From contig NMRA01000850.1 of NCBI GenBank assembly GCA_002633005.1, positions 56,553 through 120,552 on the forward strand: DNA of 64,000 nucleotides. Reading direction: 5' to 3'. Below the pieces are notes generated by a model. The model was not told the origin of the DNA, ran no database searches, and saw only the letters and a list, made by a program, of their open reading frames with translations. The position numbers and the translations under genes were made by a program. The stretch comes from Phoronis australis (lineage: Eukaryota > Animalia > Phoronida). Positions 1-13,900 of the stretch are shown in pieces. Position 1 is the stretch's first letter. Every line of letters starts with the position of its first letter.

Positions 1-300
1 AGGAGGAAAAGGGGGCCGGACGAACGGGGGGATAAGGACAGGTAGGTCCGGAGGTGGGCAACAGGACAGTAGGGAGAGGGAGAGGAAGGGATGTGAAGGG
101 TAACAGGGGCGGAATGGTGGTGTTTGAAATTGGAGATGGTGACAGTCATGTAGGGGGGTTGAGAGGGTGGGGAGAAAAATTGGACGGAGGAGCGTTGGAG
201 GGTGAGCGAGGGATCGGAGGAAAGGGAAGGGAGGGTAAATTCGCCGATGCGGAGGAAGGCGCGGAACGCAAGGAGGAACATGGCCTTTAAGAGGGCGACT
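1..300 (-). mobile_element. Tyrosine recombinase ORF fragment of a DIRS/Ngaro-type retrotransposon (runs off the left edge of the window)
   Basis: The minus strand reads open as LLKAMFLLAFRAFLRIGEFT...TISNFKH...YCPVAHLRTYLSLSPVRPAPFFL. This contains the LRxGE catalytic-Arg motif, the FKH/SKT lysine motif and the CPV..L..YL motif of DIRS/Ngaro recombinases. It is absent from the ORF track because its stop lies outside the window. Confidence 0.8.
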
Positions 301-1505
301 CGTGTTTCGACTCCAGTCACAGGAGACGTTACGATGAAGGCCTGGTTCAATAAAGGACAATATTTATCATTCAGAAACATCAGCTCTTAATTCAGGATCG
401 TCTGTTGGATGACTGGGTTGACTCGCCGAGCCCGAGGCCGCTTCTCTCACTGGATGATCCAGTTCGTAAGGCTCAAAGTAGAAATAATTGTGACTTTCTT
501 CACAGTTGATTCACGAAATAGCTTTAAATATAGTTTTTCGGACTTTTAACTAAAACGACATCGGAAAATATCTGATGGCAATGGGAAGAACAACCGAAAT
601 GAGTCATCATTGACTTCACTAAAATTTGTCAAATCCAAACTTCGGTGAAGGGTGTAGAGAAAGCGCAGATAGGTCCTTCTGAAAGATTTATACCTCATTA
701 GGAGACCATAAAAATGAACTATTTTTGAAAACATTTTGATCATAGAGAAGGTTGTATTTGTACGGAAGCAGTTCGTATATTGTTCATGTTTTATGGGAAC
801 ACTATTTAGAAACTTCCCAATACTAGAGATTGCTTCTTTTCAAAACAGAAATTAAACAGGTTGGGCCCCTGGAAAATGTAAATGTCCTTGTGAAAGATTC
901 GTAACTCGTTAGTGTCCCGTCGACATTTGTAGGATGATAAAAATAATTGTTTTTCGAAGCCATCCCAGACAGAAGAAACATTTTTACCATCGAGAAAGTT
1001 GGATTTGTACCAAAGTAGTTCTTATAAAATCTTACTGTTTCACGGGAAAACTATTTAGAACCGAAAATTTTCCAACTCTAGAAATTGCTTTCTTCCACAG
1101 TTGATTTTAAATATGTATTTTGCCAACTTCACCATCTCATATAAATTAATAGTATAAAACATTTTTGGTCATCCGCTGTGTTGTGGATGGCAGGGCGATG
1201 AGGAGGTGGCCTAATGGATTATTTAACAACTGCGACTTTGCCATCGGAGTCATTTTCAATCCTAAAACGGATCATTGGCGTCGATATTTAATTTTGCACC
1301 GGCGTTTCCTCAGTAACGAGCTTCGTAGAGCTGACAAACAATATTTAGCAAAAGTGTTTTGTTTACATTAGCGTATTGTCACAATACACTCATGAGTTCT
1401 GTCACCGGTTGATTCTGTCTATAATCTTATTTGATAGACATGAAAAGTTCAAAGTTCATGCAAACAACAATTGTTGATTCCTGTTGCGTCTTTTTGATAG
1501 CACCG

Positions 1506-1513
1506 TATAAAAG
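1506..1513 (+). promoter_or_regulatory. Candidate TATA box of the SLC5 gene
   Basis: TATAAAAG lies about 90 nt upstream of the ATG at 1599. An alternative is that TTTTGCACAG (AG at 1581-1582) is an acceptor and a 5'UTR exon lies further upstream. Confidence 0.3.
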
Positions 1514-1598
1514 GGGATGGGTTAGGTTATCTCCGATTTATAGGCGTTCAGTGGTGTACTGTGACCGTACAGTTTTGCACAGAGGGGTCATCAGCAGC

Positions 1599-1937
1599 AT
1601 GTCGGAACCACAGTTTCATATCGCAGACTATGTCGTGTTCGTTGTCGTCTTAGTCATTTCTGCCAGTATAGGATTGTTTTATGCGTGCACGGGTGGTAGA
1701 CAGAAAACCAACAAAGAATACCTGATGGCCAATCGGAACATGAAAGTGGGTCCAGTGACACTCTCTTTGCTCGTCTCCTACATGTCAGCTATTTCGATTC
1801 TAGGATATCCCGCTGAGATGTACACGCGAGGAACGCAGCAGTGGATGTCTGTCGTTGGCATGATGTTGGCTTGCTTGTTGTCAGCGGTGATATTTGTTCC
1901 TCTCCTGTATCCTCTGAAACTCACAAGTGCTTATGAG
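1599..1937 (+). CDS. SLC5A8-like: SLC5 coding exon 1
   Basis: MSEPQFHIADYVVF...LTSAYE, followed by donor GTAAAT. Confidence 0.95.
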
Positions 1938-4900
1938 GTAAATCAGTCTTGAAGTACACGTCTACCACTTATATCTTCTGTAAATAATACTGTCCCTGCC
2001 ACTGTTATTACTACATGTACGTCCTGTTGAAGTTACTACTACATGTGCTCACCCAGCCTAAAAAGTGGGGGGCTCGAATTTTTGAATATGTGGACGTTTT
2101 ACTAAAAAACGAAGGTACGTTCAGAGCTATGAATTGTGCATTCGCCGATTTTTGATAGTTCCTGCTCTTTCAATAGACTTCTGTCTCGTTTACTACTTTT
2201 CCGGACTTGTTTGTCTGAGGCGAACCTTTTTGCACACTTCGCCAAATGGGGGCGGGGGGGGGGCTTGTTGGAACCCCCAGAGCCCTCCTGTGTACTACTA
2301 CCACTACCACTACCACTACCTCTACCACTACCACTACCACTACTACTGGTGTTGTCGCTACTGTTGTTGCGGATAACCACTGCCATTACTACAGATACGC
2401 AAATCATATAAATAGGCCCTCACTGAAATTTCAGACACTTTCTACATTGTAGTTACATTCGTTTTTGCCATGCCTAGCTTTTAAGAGAACTTCATTCCCG
2501 GGCACCCTTCTGGTGAGCATTGAAACTGAATAGCCGACTATCACATGAAAGATTGGACGTAATAATGCAGCTCAGTTCTTCACAAGTCCATGACATTCAA
2601 AACGCTCAGGCCCGGCTTTATGTAAGTCTACTATAGCTACGACGATCGTCAGCTCGCTTCTGCAAACACGACGCTGCCAAAACGTGGCAACTCAAGTAAA
2701 TTTGGTAACTTGTCATAAGCAGTCTTAAGGCCCTTTCATATTGACTTAAATCCGGTCTGAGTGGCTTCGAAGTAAACGGTTGGTGACGCCGTCGTCATCG
2801 AAGTTATCACAAGGTAGCGCTGAACGCTAAGATTGTTTTCAACGTTACAATTTGGGAACATTTACATGTGCGAAAAGATATTAAACCTATTTTTAAATCG
2901 ATTGGTTATTATTAAAGGAAAAAATAAGCAGCTATTAGTGACGGCCCTGTAACTGTTGACAACAGTGGCACCTGGAGATAACTTCGATTGGACCGAAGTT
3001 AACCGTTCATATTGCACCGCAGCGTCGACGCTGCGCTGTTAATCCGCCTGTTAACTGCGATGTTAACTGGAGCTGTTAACTGCGATCCAGGACCGGAGTT
3101 AAGCGTTCACACTGACCGCAACTCCCTAAACCATCGACGCGTCGACGTTTGTATGAAAGGCCCTTTAGGGACCCTCTTCATGATCCACTTCGGAACTGTG
3201 AGCAAATTAAAATTTTGAAGATACTTTCGTCTTAACTCGTATATCCTCTAAGAAACACGACCCAGGTGTTTAATGTATTTTTCCCGCAACCGATATGAGA
3301 ATGGGTGAAACCACTTTTAGCTCAAATATCTCTTGAGAAGCAAGGAGTTCGTACAAACAAACATTGAGGTCTATTTGTGAAAAAAAGGAGAAAACCTAGA
3401 GAGAATAAGACTGCTGCGGTCTGTATCGCTTGGACACATTAGCTTGTCAGCATTCGAAAATGGCTTATCCAATATCGATTAAGGAAGTCAGAGTTTGGAT
3501 TAGGGCTCGAGCCCCTACTTCAACCTTTAGAGGCAAACGTTTCAACATTACGCGTCTTTTCATTTCTCGTTTAGTATTTGGAGTTACGATTCAAGTCCAA
3601 GGCAGCCCGACTTACTGGCAATGTCTGCTCAGTGTTGGCGTCGGTAAGTAGACGCGGAATTCAATATATAAACTCGTCTCACCTAAGAAAAATCAAATTT
3701 TGATTTAGACCACGTACCGTTATGAACTTTGCCTCAAGTTGTTCGTTTGTGAAAATAGATGTGATCTATGTGCCAATAATTAAAGGACTTTATTTATTAG
3801 AGAACACAACTGCTGTAGTACTATAGGACAAAGACCACAGTTCGAGTGGCTGATTTTGACGTTATCAATGGCCTGGGTCAATGAAAGTCTTTGTTTGCAA
3901 GTGCCTCAAGACACAAGGCATAACTTATAACAAGTACACTCGACAGAATTTCTCAAGAATTTGAAAATTCAACAAAGCCATCTCTTTTTGCCTTGCTACG
4001 TCAACCGCAAAGATGCCAAAAGTGACGAAAATTTGCGATATTGGCCTTTTTGCACCTAACAGCCCATTTTCGCAACTGACCGGTTGCAAGAGGAGACAAT
4101 AATCCAAAAGCTCTTGCACTCTAGATTCTAGAAATTTAGGTTAAAACATACCTATCAGATTGTTTCAAATTGCTAGAAATTTAGGTTAAAACATACCTAC
4201 CAGATTGTTTCAAATTGTCACTTGTCTGTCGAATACATGTGTTCGTGCCAAAAATCTCCCACTGGGAGAGTTGCGTTTTGAAAATGCCATTGGCAGCACT
4301 CACCATCTGATCAGCAAAATGGCCGTCAAACCTGACCCACCCCATTTTTTCATTTTTGGGAACCTGCAAAGGCCAAACTGTGGCCTTGGATAATGCAATG
4401 CCGGAAGCCGAGAGGCCATACTCTGAACATAACAAGAATACGCCAAACAATGGCGCTGGGTTAGGAAAGAATTGAGAGTTCGTTATTGCTTGAGACTAGG
4501 CTCTACCAGTTGACCTATCACACTGTGTCATTTTATTCGCCAAGCTTGGTCAAGCAATAACCAAAAACTACTTCTCGCCTGAGTAAAGAAAAAGTTGAGA
4601 CCGGTAAGTCATCTACATCCAAAATAGTTTCTTCGACGGAAATTGGGTTCACAGTAGATTTAAATTTAATGCAGGTCTATGTATAAAGAGCTTATATGCT
4701 ACTTTGCTACTTTGACCTTGCGTACGAAAAGTCCTCGAACACAAATATTTGCTTTTAACAGAATTAAATTCATGTTGATTATAATGTGCTTTTAATGAAA
4801 TCTTTGTTTTTAAGGTTATGTATATGGGTATATCGCTCTACGCTCCATCAACAGCATTAGAAACAGGTAATCGCATACATTTTTTACCCATAAATCATAT

Positions 4901-7900
4901 TATAACTGATAAGTGTGGTTGGGTGGCCCCAGCTATATATCCCTACGACATATAAAACAATGCATGGTACAAGACAAATAATATTTTGAAAAAAAAAATC
5001 GTTGTGATTGGGCGTACAAATAACATGAAAGTATTATAAAAGAGGGGTGGGGGAAGGGGGAAAACTTCCTTACACTCATTCACACGCACATATTCACTCG
5101 ATTTAATTGACTGAAATTAAATATACATTTACGTAGGCTTACCTTTATGAAAAAGTGTTACAATAGGACATAGAAGTGGTTAAAAATAACATCAAATGTT
5201 GTTTTATCCTTTTTAAGAAGATGCCTGCAAAATCCTTCACTGTTCTAAAGTTTTGTCATATGCATGCTTTCTAACAGTAATATTCTGTGCTGTGCAAAAT
5301 ATACCTTTGATCAGTGACTCCTCGTAATCTTGTGTTGTGACAGATGTATTGATGGTATGATAGCGTGTTATAAAATAAAATTAAAGAATAAATGCACAAA
5401 ACGTACCGAGAGTGGCGTACATGAAATAATATCCCACGAGACAGTATTCCGCGTATCGACCAGACCGAACGCTTCGAATTTTTAAGTTTTTTACATTTTT
5501 TTGGCAGATTTTTCAAATACTTCACCCAGACTGTTCACATGGCGGATCACATCCTGTATGTATGTACTTGCGCGTTAGGTTGCAAGTTTTCTCTTGTAAA
5601 AGAAACAGTTTTAAAAGTAACGATTTATTTCTTGAAAAGAGGTAACAAAGATGAAAACAACGGCAACTGAGCAGTGAACTTGTAACATCTCCTGGAATTA
5701 GTTAAAAAACAACAATATTTGATATTGTAATTCCCTAGGTCGTGAATTGGCGCCTGAGTTGCAGACCATATAGTATTCAGCAATTGAAAACTGAGATATA
5801 AGTGTCTTATAATTAACAGTTTTGTTCCAAATTTTACGTTTAGGGCCTGGTTGCATGTCGAGTGTTAGTTACACTGTTGCAACTTTATTACTTTAAACTA
5901 TATTCGGAAAGTTTGATGATCGAACCGGCTGAAGACGTCGAGTCAATATTGACCTACCTTTTGAACTTTGTCAGAGGTCGGTGTTGAAGTAGTGCTTTGG
6001 GTGAATACGGAAAACTTTATTTCATGGCCGTATTTCCCTGGACAGATTCAACGCGCGTGGGATAAATAACTGTTACACGGATTTATGGCGTATGCAAACT
6101 CACTTCGTGCAACCAGGGAATTTTGTTAGAGTTTCTTTCCACGCAAACGATCTTGCGGTGAGCTTTGCGTTACAAAAATCGCCAGTTCATACTAGGTGTT
6201 GTGGCATTCGAAAAGCTGTTCATCTGATAATTGAACGTAAAAAGTGGGGGGACTCGAATTTTTAAGAATGTGGACCTTTTACTAAGTTTCATGAGGTACG
6301 GTCAGAGCTATAAATTGTGCATTCGCCGAATTTTGGTAGTTCCTGTCTTTTTAGTGACGTTTTGGCCCACTTCGCCATATGGGAGGGGGGGCTAATTCGA
6401 GCCCCCCGAGCCTTCCCCTGGGTGCGCGCATGGACACATAGATATATGTCCTCGCTTCCCTTCCACCATTTGTCCCTTGGACTACGACAGCGTCTTCATC
6501 AAAAAAGCAGCAAATAGGTATACGCAATGATACTCCTCACTTATTCCATAGATATCGTTCACAGTGTTCTTACAAGGGTTTACGTGCCATGCCTTGAAAC
6601 TTGACTATTCCAAACATCCACAGAACCGGCTTTCATGGGAAATTTCATATCCAACATCAGGTTTTTTAAGCGATGCACGAGTTAATTGGATCATATAGTA
6701 CTGAGTAGTCGGCAATCGCATGAACAAGTTAACATAATAATGCGACTCACCGTTCTCCACAAGTCCACAGGGAGAAAACTATGGAAACACAACGTGTTCT
6801 TTTGAGAACGTGTACAGTGCACTCGTTCACGTGAGTGCATCCCACTCGTCTGTATTCTTTGCACGCTCAAATCCTTAAGTCGTTGATGGAAAACGTTCAG
6901 ATTACAGTAGAATAGCAAAATTTATAGCAACTCATTGCGTTATCTTGCATACGCTCATACGACTGCCTTGCTTTTTTGCTGTACAATGCACGCGTGAATA
7001 CGGAAGTCGTCGTAAGAAGACACTGGAGAGTTATATACAACTGTTCGCCAGTACCCGGGCCAGAATCTAGATTGCAATCTATTACAAGCACCAGAGTTAG
7101 AAAGACTAACGGATTTACGTGCGCATTGTTACAGCGACGATGATTGCAAAGCACTTGCAGATTTCAGCATGAACGTGCGCAAATGTCAACTCCTTGGTTT
7201 GCGGAGAAATACGCCATTGTACTGTATTCCGCTGAGCGTGTTGTATTGGCGACTTCCAGATTCTAGCGTGTATTATATAGTTGTATAGTGACGACGGCGT
7301 TGCGCGTAAAAGAGGTATTCCGATCCAGACACATGCAGTCACATACAAGAGACTGCATTATAAAGGACAAAGCAGAGTTTCAACCTTATTAACCAACCAA
7401 CATAAGGTTGGGTTTCGGTGTTTTTCAAGAAATTAAAAATTAGCAGGAAGATCTGTTTATAATGATTACGTTGATTTGCTTTTATTGTGGAATTTGCAGT
7501 GACTGGATTTCCGGCTTGGGCAACCATTATAATTGTCGGCAGCGTTGTCACTTTCTATACGACGTTGGTAAGTAGGCCTAAGAAGCCACGCAGTGATCCC
7601 GACTGATGATCGAGTAACATTTGATGTGGCTTGTCTGGAAGACTTTGAGCTAGATTCACCATGGAAATTTTTCTTATGTTTAAAATTAATAATTTTGATT
7701 GATTTGTTTGACTGTCGCTATTGGTTTGTTTTTCTATATCGTTATTCTGTGAGCTAAATAAACACATGGTTTTAAGCTATTGGATAAACAGCATTTCGCA
7801 AAATATCGAGAGACAGTTTTTGACTGGGGAAAGACGCTCCGAGTTATTCACATGACCATGCACGTAAATGGAAATTAGAAATAGCACTGAAAAATCTCGG

Positions 7901-10900
7901 GAAACTTGCATAGATATGGGTAGATAGGCGTATGCATTGTTCAACTTTGTTTTTCTTTCGTATTATGAACATAATGGTAAGTATTTATCAGTAACCGGCT
8001 GGTATACGCCCAAGGTACGATATCCGTGTGACCTGAATTGATATATTCAAGAAAGACGCAATAAAGCAATGGTAGCGCTCCGTAGGCGATAACCATGCGA
8101 CGCGCTTAGCCCGTCACATGGATCTCGCAAGTTAAAGAATAGCTTGCGCAATCCATACGACGTCATTTAGCATGGGATACTTCTGAATGATCAAATTGAG
8201 AACCATGTTTTCACTCTCCATTGGCAGGAATTATGTGCAAGAGATATCGTGAAACACTTTGATGATATTCATGTTGATTTACTTCACAGACATAAATTTA
8301 CCAGTCGTTGCATTATGTTACAGGGTGGCATGAAAGCGGTTATTTGGACTGACGTGTTTCAAGCCGTCGTCATGTTTGCTGGGACTATTGCAATTTTAAT
8401 TCAGGTAACCAATTTGAATACAAGGGGATACAATAATAGATACACGGAACTTCGCAGACGCACGGTTTTTGTTGACCACGGAACATAAATTCTACTATTT
8501 TGAGAACGGTTTGTTAGCAAAGGTACATTTTTCTCAGCGAAAATTGCTCTTGTTGATACGACAGCTGCCCGAAAGTATACGTTGCGGTTCGTCTAAATAT
8601 AAAGAACCACGCTACCAAACTACGGATATATTTCCCCACAGCTATTCATCCTTTACTTAGACTATCGAGGAAGCACCGAAAGCGGGTTGATTGAAATTGA
8701 TTACTATCTAAACCAAATACGGATTACACTTTTCCAATCACCCACTATCTCGCGTCAACGGACGGTGACAACTTTTAAGTCTGAATGTTCAAAATCTTTT
8801 CTCGCTAAATTATTATCAAAATTCACCCTATACCTTGATAAGTTGCTTTCAATTTCACGTTAGAAATGAGCACAATCATGTGATTTTATATTACAAACGC
8901 TTCACTGAGTAAGCTTAAAAACCGCTATCCGTTATCTTTAACGGGCCTTAATCCGTTGAATTTTGTGTTATGAAGAGACTACGTCTTGTTGACGGTATAT
9001 CTTTAATGACATTTCTTTGATTCTTCACAAAATTTTTTCGCAGGGATGTATTAAAGTTGGAGGAATTGGAAGAGTTTGGGAGATAAACGTCAACGGAGGA
9101 AGAATTGAATTTTTCAAGTAAGGAAAACCACTTGCTCACCATACTACACGTTCAAGTACAAGTACACACGTCACGGTTTTGTGCTTTCAACCTCACGGTT
9201 AGGTCTTACGCGCCTTATGCTGTGCCCACTTGTGCTAGTTCTAAGATTGTGAAGCATACAGATGGCACAATGTACTCTTTGGAATCGTAATTCGTAACAA
9301 CAAGTTTTCAAACAGAAACGAAACCATGGGCCCGTTCCAACAAAACTGACTTAGCTAAGACAAATCTTATATTTTAGTAAATTTTAAAATAAAAGTTAAA
9401 TTTGTCTCAAAACCAATCCAATTAAGAGATCTTAAGTTTGACTTAAGTGTTTGACATAAATTTTGTCTTAATTTTGACTAACTAACCGAATGTGAAAGTT
9501 TCAAAGTTTGGAAGTTAAGGCAAATCTTGAACTTAAGTCAAAAATGAACGTAAGTCAGTTTCTTGGAACAGGCTCCAGGACTGTTTCCCGTAACGCAATG
9601 CATTCTCGAGGCACTTTTGGTGAGAAACCTTCAAATAGGAAACGGATACCGTGAGTTTCCTCCCATAGCCTACACATAATTCAACATTCTAACAGCGCCA
9701 ACCAGTCATTGCAGTGTCGCTCATTTAGCTAATGTACGGAGGTATTGCTTCAGATCAGTTTTGAATCTGACGTGCAACACAAGTTATCACCCGAAAAAAT
9801 TATGTAAAGTTACAATGAGTACCGCCAAAAAGGGATATCGGTTCCCTGAGCTATAAGTCTGGTGGCCTTGATGATTTGAGGTGGGTTTTCTCAGTTTCAA
9901 CAAGTACCAGTGCCCCACCTGCCATTTTTATTTTGAGTGACATCCTCTCCTCTGCAACCGACACCCTTTCCATGTTCCGTACAACATAGTATCATTTTTT
10001 TGTCGAGACACCTGGGTTGCGTTTCTTAGACACAAGACACTCGCGAGTAAAGCTAGGTAAGTGTGATCACGTGCTTCGCGTGCTATGCATGGCAATGTCT
10101 CGCGAAGCCTTGCATTATCTTCGTTTTATGGCAAGAAACTTGGTCTACGAAACGCAGAACTAGGCGACCTAAGCTTAGCTATGGTCCTCGTCGGCTTAAT
10201 GGATAATCTAGCAGTGATAATAACACAGCTTATCAGTTATTTATGAACTGGGCGCTGCAAACATATTCCTCATGATTTTCTCGTTGAACTAGTTTCAACT
10301 TCGACCCAACCGTCCGACATACAACGTGGGGTCTGGTGATCGCTCAAACATTTCTATGGACGGGAGTCTACGGTGTAAATCAGCCATCTGTACAACGATT
10401 CGGTGCCTTAGAAACACGAAGGGAAGCACAAATGTAAGTTTTCTCCCATTAAAAAGTTTAAAGTGTGATTTTATTGAAATTTTACTGGTAGTGCGCCTGT
10501 AAGTAAGTGCTTTACGGAAGTGTAGGACTTTGAGCTGCCACGTGTCATATCCGTGTTTATCTATGTTATTTTGCCGCGGTTAACACACGAGATGCCTAGG
10601 TAGGCCTAACTAGTTTATATGCCTAGGGCTCATTTCGCAACGCAAGGTGCGTAAGAACATCACATGAAGGCTTTCGTGATCTTTTTCTTGCAAGAAATTT
10701 GGCCCACATAAGGAACACACATCAACATTTTAAACACCAACAGCCAGCATTGCTCCTAAACAACGTATCATTCACCGAAGCGTCATTTGCACACGCTGGT
10801 AGTCTTCATGCAAAACTGACGATTTCGCGCGGTATCCTCAGACATGTACCTGCAGCTTGGGGGAAGACACAAGTGCAGTGATGTATACATTTTTGGTTTG

Positions 10901-13900
10901 AACGCGTAGAAACAATAGAATGTATTAGCTAAAACCTTCAACCGCATCTAATTTCAGAGTTGTGCTGTTAAATATACCTCTCGTGTTTACATGGGTCACG
11001 ATGACGTGCTTGGTAGGCTTACCGATATATGCTTACTACGTGGAAAAAGGGTGCGACCCCATTGCAAATGGAGACATCAGCAATCCAAACCAGTTGGTTC
11101 CCTATTTTGTAATGGAAGTCTTCAACTACCCTGGCTTTCCGGGTCTCTTTGTAGCTGCTCTGTTCTGCGGGACTCTAAGGTAAATGCGCATGTGCAGATA
11201 CTTCGAGACTCTCGGTATTTATGCCCATAAGATAATCACACTTCGCATGTGTATGTTAATATTACACGACCATTGATATTCCTGTCCCCTTGTTGGCTTA
11301 TTTTCAGTAGGGTGACTTTCGTTATGAGGTGATATTAGCCGGCTAGCCGTGGTATATCACTTCTCATTCATACCGACCGCCGTCAGAAGTTAATATTTGT
11401 GATTTGACCAATTACATTCTGCAGAAACTATGAACCCCTGGCCGCATAAACCATATGAGCAGATGATGACAGTACACCAAGGCATCCAAAATGTGTCAGT
11501 CTAATAAAAGACTAAAAAATCAGAGCAAAGAAGTATCAGTGGTCATATAATAAAACAAATATAGACCGATCTCTCCGGCGTATCAAGCTCATATGGTCAT
11601 TGGCGGAAGATGTTATCTGCCTCGATCTCGTATTACATGATATTTTCCACGGCATTAGCCATTTTTAACGAAAACACTGTCTTAATATCGTAAAAAATAC
11701 GGAAAATTCATTAAGATTCTAATTTATAAGCGGCAACGACAGTAGTGTAAATGGTAAATGAAAAGCTTCGACAGAATTTTAGCGGCGTATCATGGGGTGG
11801 GGTAACGTAAGGTGAGATTATTTCAATTATGCTATAAATGATTTCATTGGTCGTCGACAAATGCAGTCACCTCCTTTGCTTTAAAGTGGAAATTGCGCTC
11901 ACATTTGATTATCCGGTATATTCCTACAACATATGCCGCTGATTGCGCCTGGGACCCACAACATTAAGCCTAAAAATAGGCTATTCTTAATTTTTATGAC
12001 ATTGTTAAAATGATCGGAAGTGTTGTAGGAATGTACACATTCACCCATTTCTTATCAAAATACCATACTGAAATGGACGGCATGTTTCTTTCAGCTCTTT
12101 GTCCTCAGCACTCTCGTCAATTGCAGCTAATCTTTGGGAAGACATTTTCAAACAGAAGCTAGGATCTCTGTCCGATTTGCAACAGACTCTGTTCACCAAA
12201 GGCATTGGTAGGCCTGTAAAGTTCAACTCGTGATGACATCTCTCACAAAAAATAATAAACTTTGAACACTTGTGGTTATTAATTTGGTCTCAAATTATTC
12301 CTTAGTCAATTTAACAGACGTAATTTCTGGACTTAGTAACGATCAACTCACAGTCAGTTCTTTCCAAGGTAAAACTACTTCTCATCTGAGTAAGAAACAA
12401 TTTGAGACCAATTTTACTAAATTTGTTTTCATTGACTGTCCAAAATCTTTTTTTCTCCTCGCCCTACCGTCACTCTTCTGAGCTCGGTAGTCTCGTTTAG
12501 TTATCTTATTCTTCGCGTTTTTCATTCTTGGGGGCTGTCATTTTTGTTGTAAATTACCTATTTAATTTTTAGGATTAAAAATCATTTGTCTTATTGGAAA
12601 TGAAATGTTTTGGGTGGTGCAAACATTTTTCTGTATGTGAAGTGAGCAAGTAAAAATACCGAACCATTGACTCAATATTCAATGCAAATCAGGTCAGAAT
12701 CAACTGTGGTTTTTGGGCCTTTCATGCCTAGAAGAAGCTAAACCGTATATGTCGTTGCAGTGTGTTTATTTGGTCTCGCAGCCATTGGAATGGCTTTCTT
12801 GGCGTCGACATTTAAGGGACAAGTGGTTCAGGTAATCTCCTTCGTCATTGTCTTAATTGTCGCGTCTACCTGTTGTCAGGTTGCTTCAGAAAGAAGTCAA
12901 TAAGAATAGAATTAAAATTTAATACAAACCCAGTCAAAAATGTCGACAAAGAATGTTTCTACACTCTTCATAAACGACTGACGTATGCGAATGATCGGGC
13001 TGTGTAGATAATTGTTCCGAGACGACATTTGGAGCTCATTCCTTCCATGAATTCGCCATTATTCTTGAAAACGAGGTATTGTGTCCAAACTACTATGGTT
13101 CTGCATCCTTGGAACATGTGCGCTTTCACGTTTGCGTTGGTAAAATGGATTTTACCCTGTAAAACCAGTCATTATGTCCTAAACAATGATGCACAACAAT
13201 AATTTTTTTACAGCGCCATCAAAAATCCGACATATCATTGTCATCCGTGAAAAGGTGAATAGTGTATCGTTGGCCACTGAGACTCCGTTGAAATAGAACA
13301 CGACCGGTTTTGTTTCAACTTTCGTTTGACTCAGAGGAAATCTTATACGCCAACCAGACCACTGTCTCCACAGTCCGATTCTAGTATGCGACTTCGTATA
13401 CTATAATCGGAGTGTTAGTCGGTGGGCCAGAATTTGTAGGGCCTCTAGAAAATGGTTTTTGTGAGTACTTTAGGGGGGCAATTTTATTTTGGTGTTTTTT
13501 AATTCATTTATTAGAGTGTTTTCAAAATCTAAAAAGTTCCCACATATAAAGTTGCACATTTTTAAAGAAATTTGAGTTCGAAGTTACCTAATAATCACCA
13601 AAGAGCTTAGTAAACTTATATTTGTAAAAACAACAGTTTTGGTGACTTTTTTGTAAAACAAGTAATATGGTCCCATCAGTGCCATTGTATTGAACAATAT
13701 TACACTCCCGTTACATGTTTTACTATTGTGGATTAATTGTAAACAGTGAAATTTAAAAAATGTAAAGAGATACCTAGTGGCAATAATGCAAACTAAGTCT
13801 GAATGTTACTAGGAAATTATTCTGGCATTGTCTGGCAACGAAAATAACACAAAACACTTGAGACTGGGCAAAATTTGTGCCTCAATGACTAAAACATTGA

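Noticed and set aside
54-390. Gly/Arg/Glu-rich plus-strand ORFs
   Set aside because: They are antisense shadows of the minus-strand tyrosine recombinase frame.
1431-1598. N-terminal extension of the 173-aa ORF
   Set aside because: It begins at TTG and shows no family similarity; homology starts at ATG 1599.
2102-2452. Four overlapping low-complexity ORFs (poly-T, LP, YH, SG)
   Set aside because: They are produced by a MITE plus the (CCACTA)n microsatellite.
4181-4450. Minus-strand ORF with a faint THAP-like PK...W pattern, and plus-strand GELRFE resembling SLC5 exon 2
   Set aside because: No CxxHF or AVPT box is present; the true exon 2 is at 3575-3643.
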